Part shown: positions 27,761 to 40,391 of the stretch, one piece after another | Position numbering within the stretch: the first letter of the stretch is position 1 | How the letters are laid out: each line of letters opens with the position of its first letter | Origin: Octopus sinensis | Taxonomy: Eukaryota | Length of the DNA: 64,000 nt | Direction: 5' to 3' | Assembly: GCF_006345805.1 (NCBI RefSeq) | Contig: NC_043005.1 | Coordinates: 69,688,001-69,752,000 of the forward strand | Notes under the pieces: model-generated | Seen by the model: the letters and a program-made list of their open reading frames with translations, nothing else | What the model was told of the DNA's origin: nothing | The model's database searches: none | Position numbers and translations under genes: made by a program

Positions 27761-28228
27761 GCATTTTAGACAAGTATTTACATCCTGACTTTCAGGACCT
27801 TTTAACATTGGTTTCCCCTCACAATATCGCAACAAGGCCTTATCATTGATTATTTAGGGTCACCATTGTGATTAATCCTGTAATTTTTGTTGTTTTGCAT
27901 GTTTTGGAGCTTTTGCAATTAAAATATTTTTACTACTACCGTAAGTATCCCCATCTTTTAACATTTAGTTTCTGCTATAAGTGCAGTTGTTTATCATATG
28001 CTTGATATTATATCTGTGGCAGGTTTTTACTCTTCTATATTTTTAGAAATGAGGAATTGTGTACATTATTTACATTTGATGGATACTTGTCCTCATCTTC
28101 TTTATGTTAAGACAACGTTTCGGCTGATATACCCTCCGGCTTTATCATGTGTCTTGGGGAAATTTCGAACATGGGTCTACTCCATGTAAAGGGCTCTCCG
28201 AAAAAGATACAAAAGATATGCGTCCCAT

Positions 28229-28657
28229 ATGATATCAGGACATTATTCTAGAGTAATACAAACTTCGCAAATATCTCTTTCGGGTAAAATCACAAATAGA
28301 AGAGAATATGACCAAAAACTGCGTGTACTGTACTCCATCCTATGCAGCTGTGGTAGGTTATACAAAGGCGAAAAATGCCGCCCCCTCAAAATAAAGGTAG
28401 AGGAATGTCGCAAACATGTGACACGAGGAGATATTGAAAAATCGTGTATAGCTGATCATGTATGGAAACACGGAGACCACCTCCACCTGTGGGATGAAGG
28501 TAAAATAATAGACAGAGAACATCACTGGAAAATACGAAAACCAAAAGTAGCAGCACATATGCTGGGACACAACAAACTCCTAAGCAGACCACGTGCAGAT
28601 ATGAGCAGTATATGGGAACGGGCATTAAAGAAGGATAGAAAAATATTATATTTATAA
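28229..28657 (+). pseudogene. Penelope GIY-YIG endonuclease domain remnant
   Basis: VLYSILCSCGRLYKGEKCRPLKIKVEECRKHV...KSCIADHVWKHGDH..W..GKIIDREHHWKIRK matches the PLE pattern VY.I.C.CG..YIGET.R.L..R..EH...S..A.H. Confidence 0.8.
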
Positions 28658-28687
28658 GCCCTAAAAATTCACTCCCTAATTGCCCAC

Positions 28688-28750
28688 GGGCATATGGCGT
28701 AGTGGTTAAGAGTCCGGGCTACTAACCCCAAGATTCCGAGTTCAATTCTA
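28688..28750 (+). mobile_element. tRNA-like SINE head (Pol III A/B boxes)
   Basis: GGGCATATGGCGTAGTGGTTAAGAG...GAGTTCAATTC followed by (AAT)n; no complete cloverleaf. Confidence 0.65.
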
Positions 28751-30355
28751 AATAATAATAATAATATTGATAATAATAATAATAATAATACCATACCATA
28801 GGGAATAATACCATACCATAGGAATGAAAACCCAGGTTCGAAATTTCCCCTAGACACCTGATGAAAGTGTGTTAACAACAAACAAGATGACGACAAATAT
28901 CCGTGAAATGTAAATAATGTGGTAGGTTTTGTTGATTGTAGCGATCGTAAGTGCAACAGCCTAACCCTTAAGCCTTATGCTCTTTAATACATGGTCTGAA
29001 TTATATAACTGTCAAAAACGAAGAAATGTTCACGGGTGTATTAAACAGTCTCACAGCGAAAATTCAGTAACCAACATAGATTCAAATTTGCCACTATCTA
29101 TTCTCTATATGATATTCTGCTCATTAATGATCGCTTTAATCACACAATATAGATTCTATGATTAGTACTCATTCCAGTGTCACTTTCATGATATATTATT
29201 TCTATTCCCTATTGGCCATGCTAAATATATTATGTAATTAATGTATGTCTTGATTTTATATTATATTAATCAGATGCGCAAACAAGAAAATACGCTTGTT
29301 ATCATTATTCAGTCAGTAACATATGGGTTTTGACATATCATAAATCAAATTGTTTAATTGAGCATAACATTCTAATATTGAATTTTTATATATCTACACC
29401 ACATCTGCCTATTTATTTATACTCTCAGTTGGGTATATTTAGGTATAGACGTAACACTGTAAGAGCTTCTGTAGTAATCGTTCTCCCAATTCTGTTGTAT
29501 AACCAAGACCATCTGACAGGAAAAAATTGGAACACAGTTATCTGTAATGTTTAACTTCATTTCTCTGATTTTTGTATAGGAATTCATACTTCTATACACA
29601 TGATACCTGCTGTTATAACGCACAATAACGTCTTCAAAAATTAAATATTTTGCCACCTACTTGCAATTACCGATTTTATCTAGTCTTCAGCACTATCAAC
29701 CCGGTGTTAAATCCTGAATCGCATACGCATCGAATAATAGAAATATTTGTAAAGTGATCAGACAAACAATTGCATTTGGTAAACAAGCAATGACAGCCGC
29801 GCTGACTGAATTTACATCGAGATTCATCCATTTTAATCCAGGTCAACCCTGTCAAAATTTTAAAGATATTTAAAAAAAAGGGAGGAAAACAAACACACGG
29901 AGCATCTAGTTAACATTTATTGCAGTAAACAAATCAAATACAACTGTCCTCAAATGATGACAGTGAGCCCGACTGGAACGATTTTCAATATAGTTTTTAG
30001 AAACCAGGATTGTTCGAACTGAACAAGATTTAATATTAGACAAAACACAAAGCTACAATTCGCTTGGCGATGTCATGTTGTAATGTAATAAAAAGGGTTC
30101 AATACGTCAATATTTCTTGGGGTAATATGTAACAGAATTACATATATAAATACAGTTCTATGCAGGTAAGAGTACCAAATGGTACATTTATTGCCTTGTG
30201 AACGTAATTATAGAGCTAGACTAGATAAACTTGATTGATGGTTCACAATTCCCTGATGTGATATCATAATCCCGTAGCAGTGAGTGGATTTTTTATAAGA
30301 TTCGCAATCACATTTAAATGTCGATGTATGAGTACAATTACATACGTACTCATAC

Positions 30356-30510
30356 TTGTTCGTGCATATATATAGGGAGAGAGAGGGGGAGGGAGAGAGA
30401 GGGAGAGGGAGGGAGAGGAAGAGAGAGGGAGAGAGGGGGAGAGATAGGAGCGAGAGAGGGGGAGAGAGAAAGAGAAATATATATATATATGTATATATGT
30501 ATATATATAT

Positions 30511-30552
<42 letters not shown>

Positions 30553-30649
30553 ATATATATGTATATGTATATATGTATATATACAAATGCACACACGGCC
30601 ACACACACACACATATATATACATATATATACATAGACACACATACACG

Positions 30650-30691
<42 letters not shown>

Positions 30692-30855
30692 CAAACATGC
30701 ATATCTATGTGTGTGTGTTTGTTCGTGCATATATATAGGGAGAGAGAGGGGGAGGGACAGAGAGGGAGAGGGAGAGAGAGGAAGAGAGAGGGACAGGAAG
30801 AGAGGGGGGAGAGACGGGGAGAGAGAAAGAGAAATATATATATGTATATATATAT

Positions 30856-30898
<43 letters not shown>

Positions 30899-31012
30899 GT
30901 GTCTGTATATGTATATATGTATATATGTATATATACAAATACACACACATCCACACACACACATATATATACATATACATAAATATATACATATATATAC
31001 ATAGACACACAT

Positions 31013-31058
<46 letters not shown>

Positions 31059-31086
31059 ACATGCATATCTATGTGTGTGTGTTTGT
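30356..31086 (+). repeat. Tandem duplication (period about 363 bp) of a compound (GA)/(TA)/(CA) microsatellite block
   Basis: TTGTTCGTGCATATATATAGGGAGAGAG starts at 30356 and 30719; CATGCATATCTATGTGTGTGTG ends both units. Confidence 0.85.
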
Positions 31087-31703
31087 ATGTTTTTGTTTCT
31101 ATGAGCGTGCGTACTGCCCACATAGATAAACTGGATTCAATAATTACATGTTAATAAAGAGATTATAATCAGGCAGAAAAGGCAGCTATAAAATCTAATG
31201 AGCTGATATAATTGGGGTTAAATGATCAGGGCAGCATTAACCAAAGTATAATGCCGTCTCAACTGAACTATTTCCACGTTTTCGCACTTAATCAATTGGT
31301 TTGAGTCGCAATGAAATATATCCTCTTGCCAATTACCACTACGGTTTGCAGATGTAGCTAAGTTAATAGAGGAAATAGAGGATGATGATAGCGATTATAA
31401 TAATTTTAATATGCTAAAAATAATGATGTGATAGCCTGATTGAATAGGACATGTCGATATGGAAGCAGATATATTTGATTGAATTTACGCGTAGTGTATT
31501 ATTGTTATTAATGTCTATATGCATCAGCGAACAACTCCCTTGCCAACAGTATCAGATTTGATATCAGAAATCAAAAAATATAACAAATGAAGGCTACTGA
31601 AGATATGACATTCTTTACGTTTCATTATCCATTCTGCAAGGGATTCATGTATATGTATACAAATATGAATCTCATCCATACACATACAATTATACGCACA
31701 CAC

Positions 31704-31768
<65 letters not shown>

Positions 31769-31771
<3 letters not shown>

Positions 31772-31935
31772 TCAAAATAAGCAACAAGAATGACTGCGGT
31801 AATTTGGTGCGATCGTTTCGTACTACGTCATTTTATTAAATGTTGTAAGTAATATTTACAACATTTATTAAAATGATGTAGTACGAAACGATCGTACCAC
31901 ATTATCGGAGTCATTGTGGTTGCTTATTTTGATTA
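31769..31935. mobile_element. Short palindrome carrying the 3' half of a hammerhead
   Basis: About 80-bp inverted arms around a roughly 7-nt loop; GTAC GAAA CGATCG TA at 31881-96; outer ends AAGCAACAAGAATGA shared with the 24.5 kb element; abuts (TA)n. Confidence 0.8.
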
Positions 31936-32031
31936 TAATCACCCCACGGATTTTTGTGGATAACACCATACAGAATTCTTGTGCATCTAAATTAAGTACC
32001 ATATTCATTTAAATCTAAATTTTTGCTGAAC

Positions 32032-32055
<24 letters not shown>

Positions 32056-32062
<7 letters not shown>

Positions 32063-32182
32063 ATACAGTGTACATTTAAACACATAAGAGATGACCATAA
32101 TAGGACATCTGACTCACTAGAAAGAGCAGTTAAAACTCCAAGACATCTCTTATGTGTTTAAATGTACACTGTATTTTTCTAT
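32056..32182. mobile_element. MITE-like element with Tc1-type ends
   Basis: Perfect 28-bp inverted repeats 32066-32093 and 32144-32171 beginning CAGTG, flanked by TA on both sides, with a 50-bp spacer. The symmetry extends about 10 bp further out. Confidence 0.65.
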
Positions 32183-34316
32183 GAATAATATACAGCCTAT
32201 TGACTAAATTTTTTCGTTATCGCTAGACCACTGGTAGAAAATAATTTTTCTATAAGTATATTCTCTGCTACCCTTAGATTTTTTAATATATATGTATGTA
32301 TATATATATCATATATCGTATGTATCTCAAAATATATATATAGTGGACATAGTCGATGTAGCCCAACTGCAAAAATTGATACAGCGCTGGACAAAATAAA
32401 TATCGGCGTTTCATCCGGCACTATATTGTATGGTCATATTTGTCTTAAGACCTCTTTACATTCCAGCGCTGAAGAGGCAATAAAAGAAGTACCAGTTGAG
32501 TACTGGGGTTACGTAATATGGTACACTTTATTCAGAATTGAAACCTTTTACTTTTTAGTAGAAACTATTGTCTCTCTGTGTATATACTCATATACACGCA
32601 CATACGTACATGTATTTATACATATGCACATACATATACACATACATATACTTACATATATAGATATGGCAACTGAAATAAGAGGCAAGAAAAAATACCA
32701 GACATACATTACAATATCAATTAACATTCAATATACAAAAATCATAGTATATATCTCGTAACACACATTGTAACTCTCCCTTTTGGAGTTTATGTTATCC
32801 CTGTCTGTGTTAAATTTCGGATTTTGTTAGTGTGCAATATAAGACTCTTTCATATGATATATCCATTCTATTTATTATTTATCCCGGCACCAACCCTTTC
32901 TTAGTACTTCTTTTTGATAATCAATTGTACCGAGATTGAAATAATTGTTCTTACCGTTAATGTCACAAAAGAATTACTGTTTGCTCATCATTATCAAGGG
33001 CCAAACGTTTGCAAATTCAGCTTCTTTAATCTCTGTATTTTGCTTTAAACATTTATTTATGATTTTCACTTATTTGTGTAACTCTTCCTTTTTAGAATGA
33101 TATACTTACTGAAGGACAAAGAGAAAGCGCTTCATGAAATTGCTACAAAGTTTTTATTTATTTCCTAACTAAATATTTCTCGAAGATAATTGTTTTCAAT
33201 GTCCAAATTAAAAGTAGGGACGTCTAAAATACCCCATGTCATTGGTTTAGAAAATGAACACCAAAAACAATACCTTACACAAATAAATCGTTTTAACAAT
33301 CGAAGTCCTTGAGAACACCGCACACTTTAATACGGGCGGAATATAATAATGGTAGTAATAACAATGATAACAATAACAACAGCCACTAGAACAACAACAA
33401 AAGAATAATGATGATGATGACTATGATGATGATGATAAGAATAATAATAATATAAACAAGACTTGGCACGCAAGCAAAGGAAAGGAAACACGTTGCAAAC
33501 AGAAAACCAGACAAATTAAACAATTAGCAAGAAGATATGTGAAGTGACGACGACAATATAATTTTCAAGTGTACGTGCGTGACCAGAGAGTTGGTGAGAA
33601 TCAGACAGAGTCATTGACACGCATACACACATTTACACAGATATATACATACTTAAATACATATATGGTGTGTGCGTGTGTGTGTGTTGTAAAAGAGAGT
33701 GGGTTTAAACAAGGTCAATGATAGAAAATCAATAAGAATGCAGACAACAGAGATATACGCAGGAACCTGACGTGAAAGGAAGTGATGTGGCGGCAGTTCA
33801 GTACGATGCTTGAGTGAGTGCCATAGAAAATAACACTTGTAATTGACTGTAAATTGTTGCGCCTAGAATATATTAATTTTTTCATTACTTAACTGAACAG
33901 GTAGTAGCACCCATGACAATTTGCGTTCTAATTTCTAATAGTTTGCTCGAAAGAATTAGTATACTGACAAAATATCGGTAACTTTGGTGAGTTCCTATTT
34001 CTCTGAGAATTAAGGGAAGAATTGCAAAGCAGTGGCTTTAGGAAGGCACCTGGGATGTGTAATTGTTTCATATTAAGCTATTAGTAGTTCTCACAGACAA
34101 TAGGAAGAAAAATGCATGCACAACCGTATCAACGTATCAGCAAACGAATAGAGTAGCGTAAGGTGAAAATGCCGCAGCGTGATGTCGTGACCTGGAGGCG
34201 ATGACTTGTAGTTTAATATATATTCTCCCTTGAATGCTTATGCAGCGTTGCGTTGTATACAAAATTAGAGATATATATATATCACTTTTTGGAGAAACAT
34301 ATACATATTATTCATA

Positions 34317-34500
34317 GGCGCAGGAGTGGATGTGTGGTAAGTAGCTTGTTTACCAACCACATGGTTCCGGGTTCAGTCCCACTGTGTGGCACATTGGGCA
34401 AGTGTCTTCTACTATACCCTCGGGCCGACCAATGCCTTGTGAGTGGATTTGGTAGACGGAAACTGAAAGAAGTCCGTCATATATATGAATATATATGTAT

Positions 34501-34536
<36 letters not shown>

Positions 34537-35422
34537 ATTTGGCTCAAAAGCAAATAGCAAGGCCATGTAGGGGGACATGGACTTAAGTACAGCGTGGTGT
34601 TCCTGTAAAGAGTTCAGGCCACTTGGGGTCCAGGGAGGCTTTGAACAAAGCGGTCGTCGGCATCTTTACCATCTCGTCTGGCAGCTTGTTCCACGGATCC
34701 GCAACCCGGACGAAGAAAGCTCCTCTCCTTCGATTGAGATGAAATCGTCGCAGGAAGAGCTTTTCGGAATGACCCCGCAGCCGACGCTCTGGAGCAGGAG
34801 TGAAGAACAGCTCTTTCGAGAGGTTACACTTTCCGCTTATGATGTTGTGGGCGAGAATGAGATCACTACGGCGGCGGCGTTTTTCAAGAGAATAAAGGTC
34901 GAGCGTCCTCAGCCTTTCTTCGTAGGACAAATTTTTGAGACCATGAACCATGCGGGTAGCCATCTTCTGGACTCTTTCGAGATGCTGTATGTCTTTGAGG
35001 AGATAAGGAGAAGAGGCTTGAATCCCATATTCCAATATGGGTCTCACCAGCGTGACATAGAGTGGTAGGAATATGGCTGCTGTGAGCATTCCGAATGACC
35101 GTCGAATCAAGAACAGAATTCCGCGTGCTTTGTTGGCAGCATGGACGCACTGGGCCGAAGGCGAAAAGGAGGAATCCACCAAGATGTATGTGTGTATATG
35201 TGTGTGTGTTTGTGTGAGTGTGTTTGTCCCCCTAGCATTGCTTGACAACCGATGCTGGTGTGTTTACGTCCCCGTCACTTAACGGTTCGGCAAAAGAGAC
35301 CGATAGAATAAGTACTGGGCTTACAAAGAATAAGTCCCGGGGTCGATTTGCTCGACTAAAGGCGGTGCTCCAGCATGGCCGCAGTCAAATGACTGAAACA
35401 AGTAAAAGAGTAAAAGAGTATA
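34317..35422 (+). mobile_element. SINE family A (tRNA-like head, internal microsatellite, conserved tail) interrupted by a CR1 insertion
   Basis: Head GGCGCAGGAGTGGATGTGTGGTAAG...GGGTTCAGTCCCAC; tail GGCGGTGCTCCAGCATGGCCGCAGTCAAATGACTGAAACAAGTAAAAGAG. Inverted copies at 46 and 61.7 kb. Confidence 0.85.
34503..35183 (-). mobile_element. 5'-truncated CR1-clade LINE 3' end, open ORF2 C-terminus, (TAAC)n tail, 8-bp TSD
   Basis: Uninterrupted LVDSSFSPSAQCVHAANKARGILFLIRRSF...LYVTLVRPILEYG...LERVQKMATRMV..L..LSYEERLRTLDLYSLEKRRRRSDLI...WNKLP. (GTTA)n at 34501-36; ATGTATGT at 34495-502 and 35184-91. Confidence 0.92.
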
Positions 35423-36816
35423 TCATTTAGAATGTCATTTAGAATATATATACATAATAGAAAAATTATATATCGATATGTATATGCATAATACATTTTT
35501 TATCATCGTAAGGGATTGGTTAACGTCTAAAAGTTATATAAGCTGGAGATTTTTCAATTGTATTGCATCAGTCAATTGACTAACGAAATATCTATCATTT
35601 TTTTTACCATGGTCTTAGATTTCATCGTGGTAATGATTTAGTTACTTTTAGATTCATATAAGCCTGTGTATCTCTCTAATAATATATCTATAAATGCGCG
35701 TAAGTATGCGTTTTATACAAATGCTCACACACAAATAAATATTTACGTAATTATATGTATATGCATATATGTGTATATATATATATATATAAAGGTATAT
35801 GCATGTATACGCACATATATATATATATATATGTATTTATATATATATTTATATATATTTATATATATGTATGCCGAACTGACACTTGAAGAAATGCACA
35901 AATTACAACCAATGGTCATTTCGTTAGGTAAGGCAGTAATTTTACACCACGTGCCGCATAGCATACGACCCGGATCTTTCATGAAGTGTTACTCATTTGA
36001 TTGCGTAGGTTTTGCTAATACCTACAAAAATATATGTATGTATACAGCATTAGAGCATTTAGTTCTCATCTCTATCAATGTGTTTTCAACGCCTTAGTCG
36101 TATTTAGTGACAGTTATGGTTTTCATATATATATATATATATATATATAACGGGAAATTTACGAAAATAAACAAAAGACGAAGGCAGGTGGAGTACAAAC
36201 AAACAAATGTATTAGTATGGCGTTCTTCGACAGAAAGATACACAGAAAAGAAACAAGGAGAGAAACAAGGAGAGAAAAAAAAGGCGTGTAGGAGCCAACG
36301 GTCCTTCATGGCGTTCTAAATGCACTTTAGTATAAATACATTTTTGTCTAAACTCACATTGGTCTTAGAACTATTTTGCCTCTAGTATCTAAAAATAAAA
36401 TAGAAAATTATCTAAATAAATCTACTCTAATAATCCTTTCTTGTGCAAAGAACTATCGTCTAATCATTATTTTAGTATAATGACTTGTTTGTTTTACGAG
36501 ACAAACTGTATAAATTTAAGTTTCCTAATAATCCTTTTTGTGCAAAGAACTATCGTATATTGATTCTTTTGGTGTAATGACTTCATTATTTCACGACACT
36601 AACTGCATAAATTTTAGTTTCCCCGTTAATTCGTTTACATATATCTCAATGTTTTTGAGTTGTAAAGCTTATTATTCATTCTTCGTGTTTTAGTTATGTT
36701 AGTGGAGAAGATGATTAAGAGAGAATTTTCATTGTTGCAGGACCATCATACTTGTAATAGCTACGTTCATCAAAACACTGGCCCCAATATATATATATAT
36801 ATATTATATATATATA

Positions 36817-36855
<39 letters not shown>

Positions 36856-36858
<3 letters not shown>

Positions 36859-37075
36859 TGGTAAAAAAGGTAAGATAACAAAAGAAAGAAATAGACCTAT
36901 TATGTAAATAGAGGAATTTATCTGTGAATATAATATGCGACAATTATTCGGTAGCCAAGATAAAACTCTGAGTTTCGGATGCCGAGGTGGAAATCCACAC
37001 CACCATCTCTTCAGTTATCCGGCCATCGGAAAAACGCCTGGGTGGAAATCAACACCACTATCTCTTCAGTTATCC
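36856..37075 (-). mobile_element. Short HHR family C, copy 2 (single arm plus direct partial repeat)
   Basis: Tail and arm as at 17 and 56 kb; GGTGGAAATC.ACACCAC.ATCTCTTCAGTTATCC is repeated directly at about 37041-37075; abuts (TA)n. Confidence 0.85.
36959..37020 (-). ncRNA. Type I hammerhead motif (family C), apparently intact
   Basis: GGATAA CTGAAGA GATGGTGGTGTGGATTTCCACCTCGGCATCC GAAA CTCAGAG TT TTATC: 5-bp stem I, minimal 1-nt-loop helix III, GUU triplet. Confidence 0.7.
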
Positions 37076-38230
37076 ACGGTGAAATATATCCTCTTATTTT
37101 TGTATTTCTACCAGAGAAATCGTAAGAAATTTACGTTCAAAGTTGTATGCACTTCTAGAAGGATAGAAGCTCACGGAATTGAAAATGACATTACACAGGT
37201 GAGCACAGAATTTAAACTGTCAGCTCGAAATGTATCTTCACCTATTTGTGGTAACAATGCTTTGCATTTCTGTTTTTCCGTTTCCGCCAATCGACCTGGA
37301 AAAAATTTCAGCCATTGTGACTTATAACTCTTTATAATAATGATATAGACTTTTCTTTATTCTGTCGAAAAGTGAACGCTTTGGTCTTTGCGCCTGTTGC
37401 TGTTGTACCAATAGGACTGCAATACTTGAAACAAAGTGCACCTGAAAATGTATTTCCGTTTATTGAATACATAGAAAATACTGTTGAAAATGGAATGCTA
37501 CGACGAAATTGAAGACGGATAAAGACATTATTATCAATACCTGAATGGAATGTTTACGATTGCACACGTGATGGTAAAGCACGTTCAATTACTTCTATTG
37601 AAGCATGGCATTGGCCATTTTGGGTCTTCGATCACATTCGAGTCCATATAACGTTCTTGATGTTCTAAGAAGAGAAGAGCAATTCATCACAGCAAGGTTA
37701 TCTCAACTTTACGTAAGGACAAGCCCCAAGAAGAAAAGTACCATAAGCAACAAGAAGAGAGAAAAGAATATTACAAGTTGTCAATTTCAAGAATCGATCA
37801 GTGGAACATTACCTTCCTAATATTGCTTATAATCTGGGTTCTTTGTAAATTTCATTTTCATTCGTATTGATGTCCTAATTGTCGATACAACTGTTACTTA
37901 AACATGAATGGTGCAATTACGTCGCAAGAAATGGTCTACTGGTGCCGTCGCTAGGGGAAGGTAGGGGTCGCTCTCCTGCACACAATTTTATTAGATGCAG
38001 CTATGCATCGTTAACCACCTAGTGATGTCTTCTTGGGGTTAAACATTGCAATAGAATCCACTCGAACGGATAGCCAAGTTAAAGTGGTTACGAATATTAC
38101 TTGTCATTTTCATTTTTTTTATACTGATAAATCTATATTCTATTTGAAGCATATATATTACGCATATATGAAATTTATTTATCAATAGATATAATAACAC
38201 AAGTTTCGTTATACGTAACCTAAGTGTCAC

Positions 38231-38390
38231 TATACCAAGGTGTCTTTAGATGAGACTGTCCTTAGATGAATGAGCTTTGGCGGAAATGCTTTACGACAAA
38301 AGCGTCTTTACACAAAAATTATTTTGGAGCAAATTGTCTTAAACTAAAGTGGTTTAGACCAAGGTGTATTAGACCAAAGTGCCATATCAC
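38231..38390 (+). repeat. Degenerate 15-16-bp periodic array (about 10 units)
   Basis: Units such as TAGACCAAGGTGTAT, TAGACCAAAGTGCCA, TAGATGAGACTGTCCT and TAAACTAAAGTGGTT start at 38231, 38247, 38263, 38278, 38292, 38309, 38325, 38340, 38355 and 38370. Confidence 0.7.
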
Positions 38391-40391
38391 ATATATATAT
38401 AGCGTTTGTAGAAAGCATAAATCCGGAGAAATTACATATGTATATATATGTGTATGTGCGTGTGTGTGTAGAAAGAGAGAGACGGAGGGAGAGATAGGGA
38501 GAGAGGGAAAGAGAATTAAAGAAAGAGAATCATACATACATGCATACATACATATGTATGTAGAACAAACACGTGTAGAAGGTTAGAGGTATAGATCTAT
38601 ATGCTTCCGTTTTTTTCTATATACATCAAACAACAAAATGAAAGCCCCTTCCAGAGTTATAGGTTCATGCTAAAGGCCTGTTTCCTTAGCAGAATATGCT
38701 TCGTAGTTTTATTTCTGTGACAGCACTATGCCTGCCATTGAACCACTTACTATCTACATAATTTCCTCCTCATTTTCCTGAATTCCTGTTTGTGGATAGC
38801 AATTTATGACTACGAAAACGTAGCATTCATGTTTAAATAATAGTTACATTTTATATGGCATCGGCAATTAGGACATGAATGTGAATGAAAGAAAAACATA
38901 TTTATCTCTTTACAACATAAAACGGGCTTTGCATTTTATTTTCTCATCGAATACCCTCTCTTTTTCTTCAGAGTTGCTGTTAAGCCATGCACTCCCTCTG
39001 TCACTTTATCCCTCTGTATCTCTCTCTAAGCCTGTTGCAAATAACACTCGAAGGCTTTTACCTTTCACACCCAGAATCCTTGTCAACTGCCCTCGATATT
39101 ATTAACTTATACTCGTTGAAGCTGAGTTTATCTTACTCAGCATCAGCTAATTCATGTATCCAACGTATTAGTGTTTCTCTGCGGAAAGTGGTATGTCTTA
39201 CAGTATTATTAGTTACAAAGAAACATAGTATCTCATTAATAAAATATATCTAACATAAGCCAAACCAAAGGAAAACAGATTCAAATAAATAATGCTTTTT
39301 GAGATTTGATCAAATAAAACCCAATTTTATGTTAGGGGAGAGCAGATGCTTTTACGTCTCATTCGATTTAGCATTGATATTAATTAAACTAAGTTCCTTT
39401 TAATTGATTTCACAGCGGTGCACCGACTTCAGTAATTGTCAGGCTAGGAAATTGAGTAGTACCCTTCTGTAAGACATATTTTTGTATTTTGAGCATGATT
39501 CGTTTCAGGTCATCGGTGGGCTAATCCGTATCGTCACGGACAGATAACCGATTGCTCACTTTTAGAATTCGAAGGTCTTGCTTTGTTCATGATGTTGGAT
39601 TTATGATGTTTATTCTAATGTCCATTTCGAATGCATAAGTCTGAACAAAGCGTTCTACAGGTGGCAAACCCGTGTTTCTACAAATGTAAAGAGAACGGAC
39701 GAATAATATCTTATCAGCACAGCGATAAGTCGATAATGTATGACATAGCAAGAATTAGCTGTCATTCCTAGCAAGTCAAATAACCTCGTATAGTTTGTAT
39801 TGATTGATACAATTAAACCTAGCTTTCTAATAGTTCCCTAATGGTTACATAATAGGGGAATACTGTTAAATCTCAATTGTGAAATCCTAAATCATTGAAG
39901 ACCTATGTATCTGAACATTCGACTTAGTAAAAATAGCCGCTGCATCTACTCTCAAATGACGCTTCACCATTATGAAACAGTACACGTCGGTGTACTGTAT
40001 ACTCCTAGAATGATGGGACGTCGAGAGAGCCTTTCATCAAAAATATAATCAAATTTGATGAAAGAATTATTAGCTTGTCGTGATGTTATTATAAAGTCTT
40101 TCACAAAAGTATGATTCCTTTTATTTTTCTATAATATCATGTATTCCTAAAATTACATAATATAATATTAAAGAAATAATAATGCCTTTCATAAGATGAG
40201 TTATATTTTCACTAGTGAATTGATTAGATTAACAAATTTCAACTGTTCGGATACTTGCTATAATCATTACGTTTAAAGTCAAATAAAGTGTTTCTAATAC
40301 TACTACTCGACAATTATAAGCGCGTGTGCCTTAAGAAGCATAGGGATTGTATTTTCGTTCAGACCTCCAAGTGTGTCCACGTTAAATGATA

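Larger units (their letters stand above)
28063..28920 (+). mobile_element. 5'-truncated Penelope-like element with inverted 5' pLTR and 3' pLTR
   Basis: About 28063-28175 is the reverse complement of about 28831-28920 (GGTTCGAAATTTCCCC.AGACAC.TGAT.A...AAGATGA.GACAA.TATCC). A GIY-YIG-type ORF lies between them. Confidence 0.85.

Noticed and set aside
39509-39574. 66-nt phase-symmetric candidate exon (GHRWANPYRHGQITDCSLLEFE)
   Set aside because: Donor GTCTTG is poor and the peptide is unrecognised.
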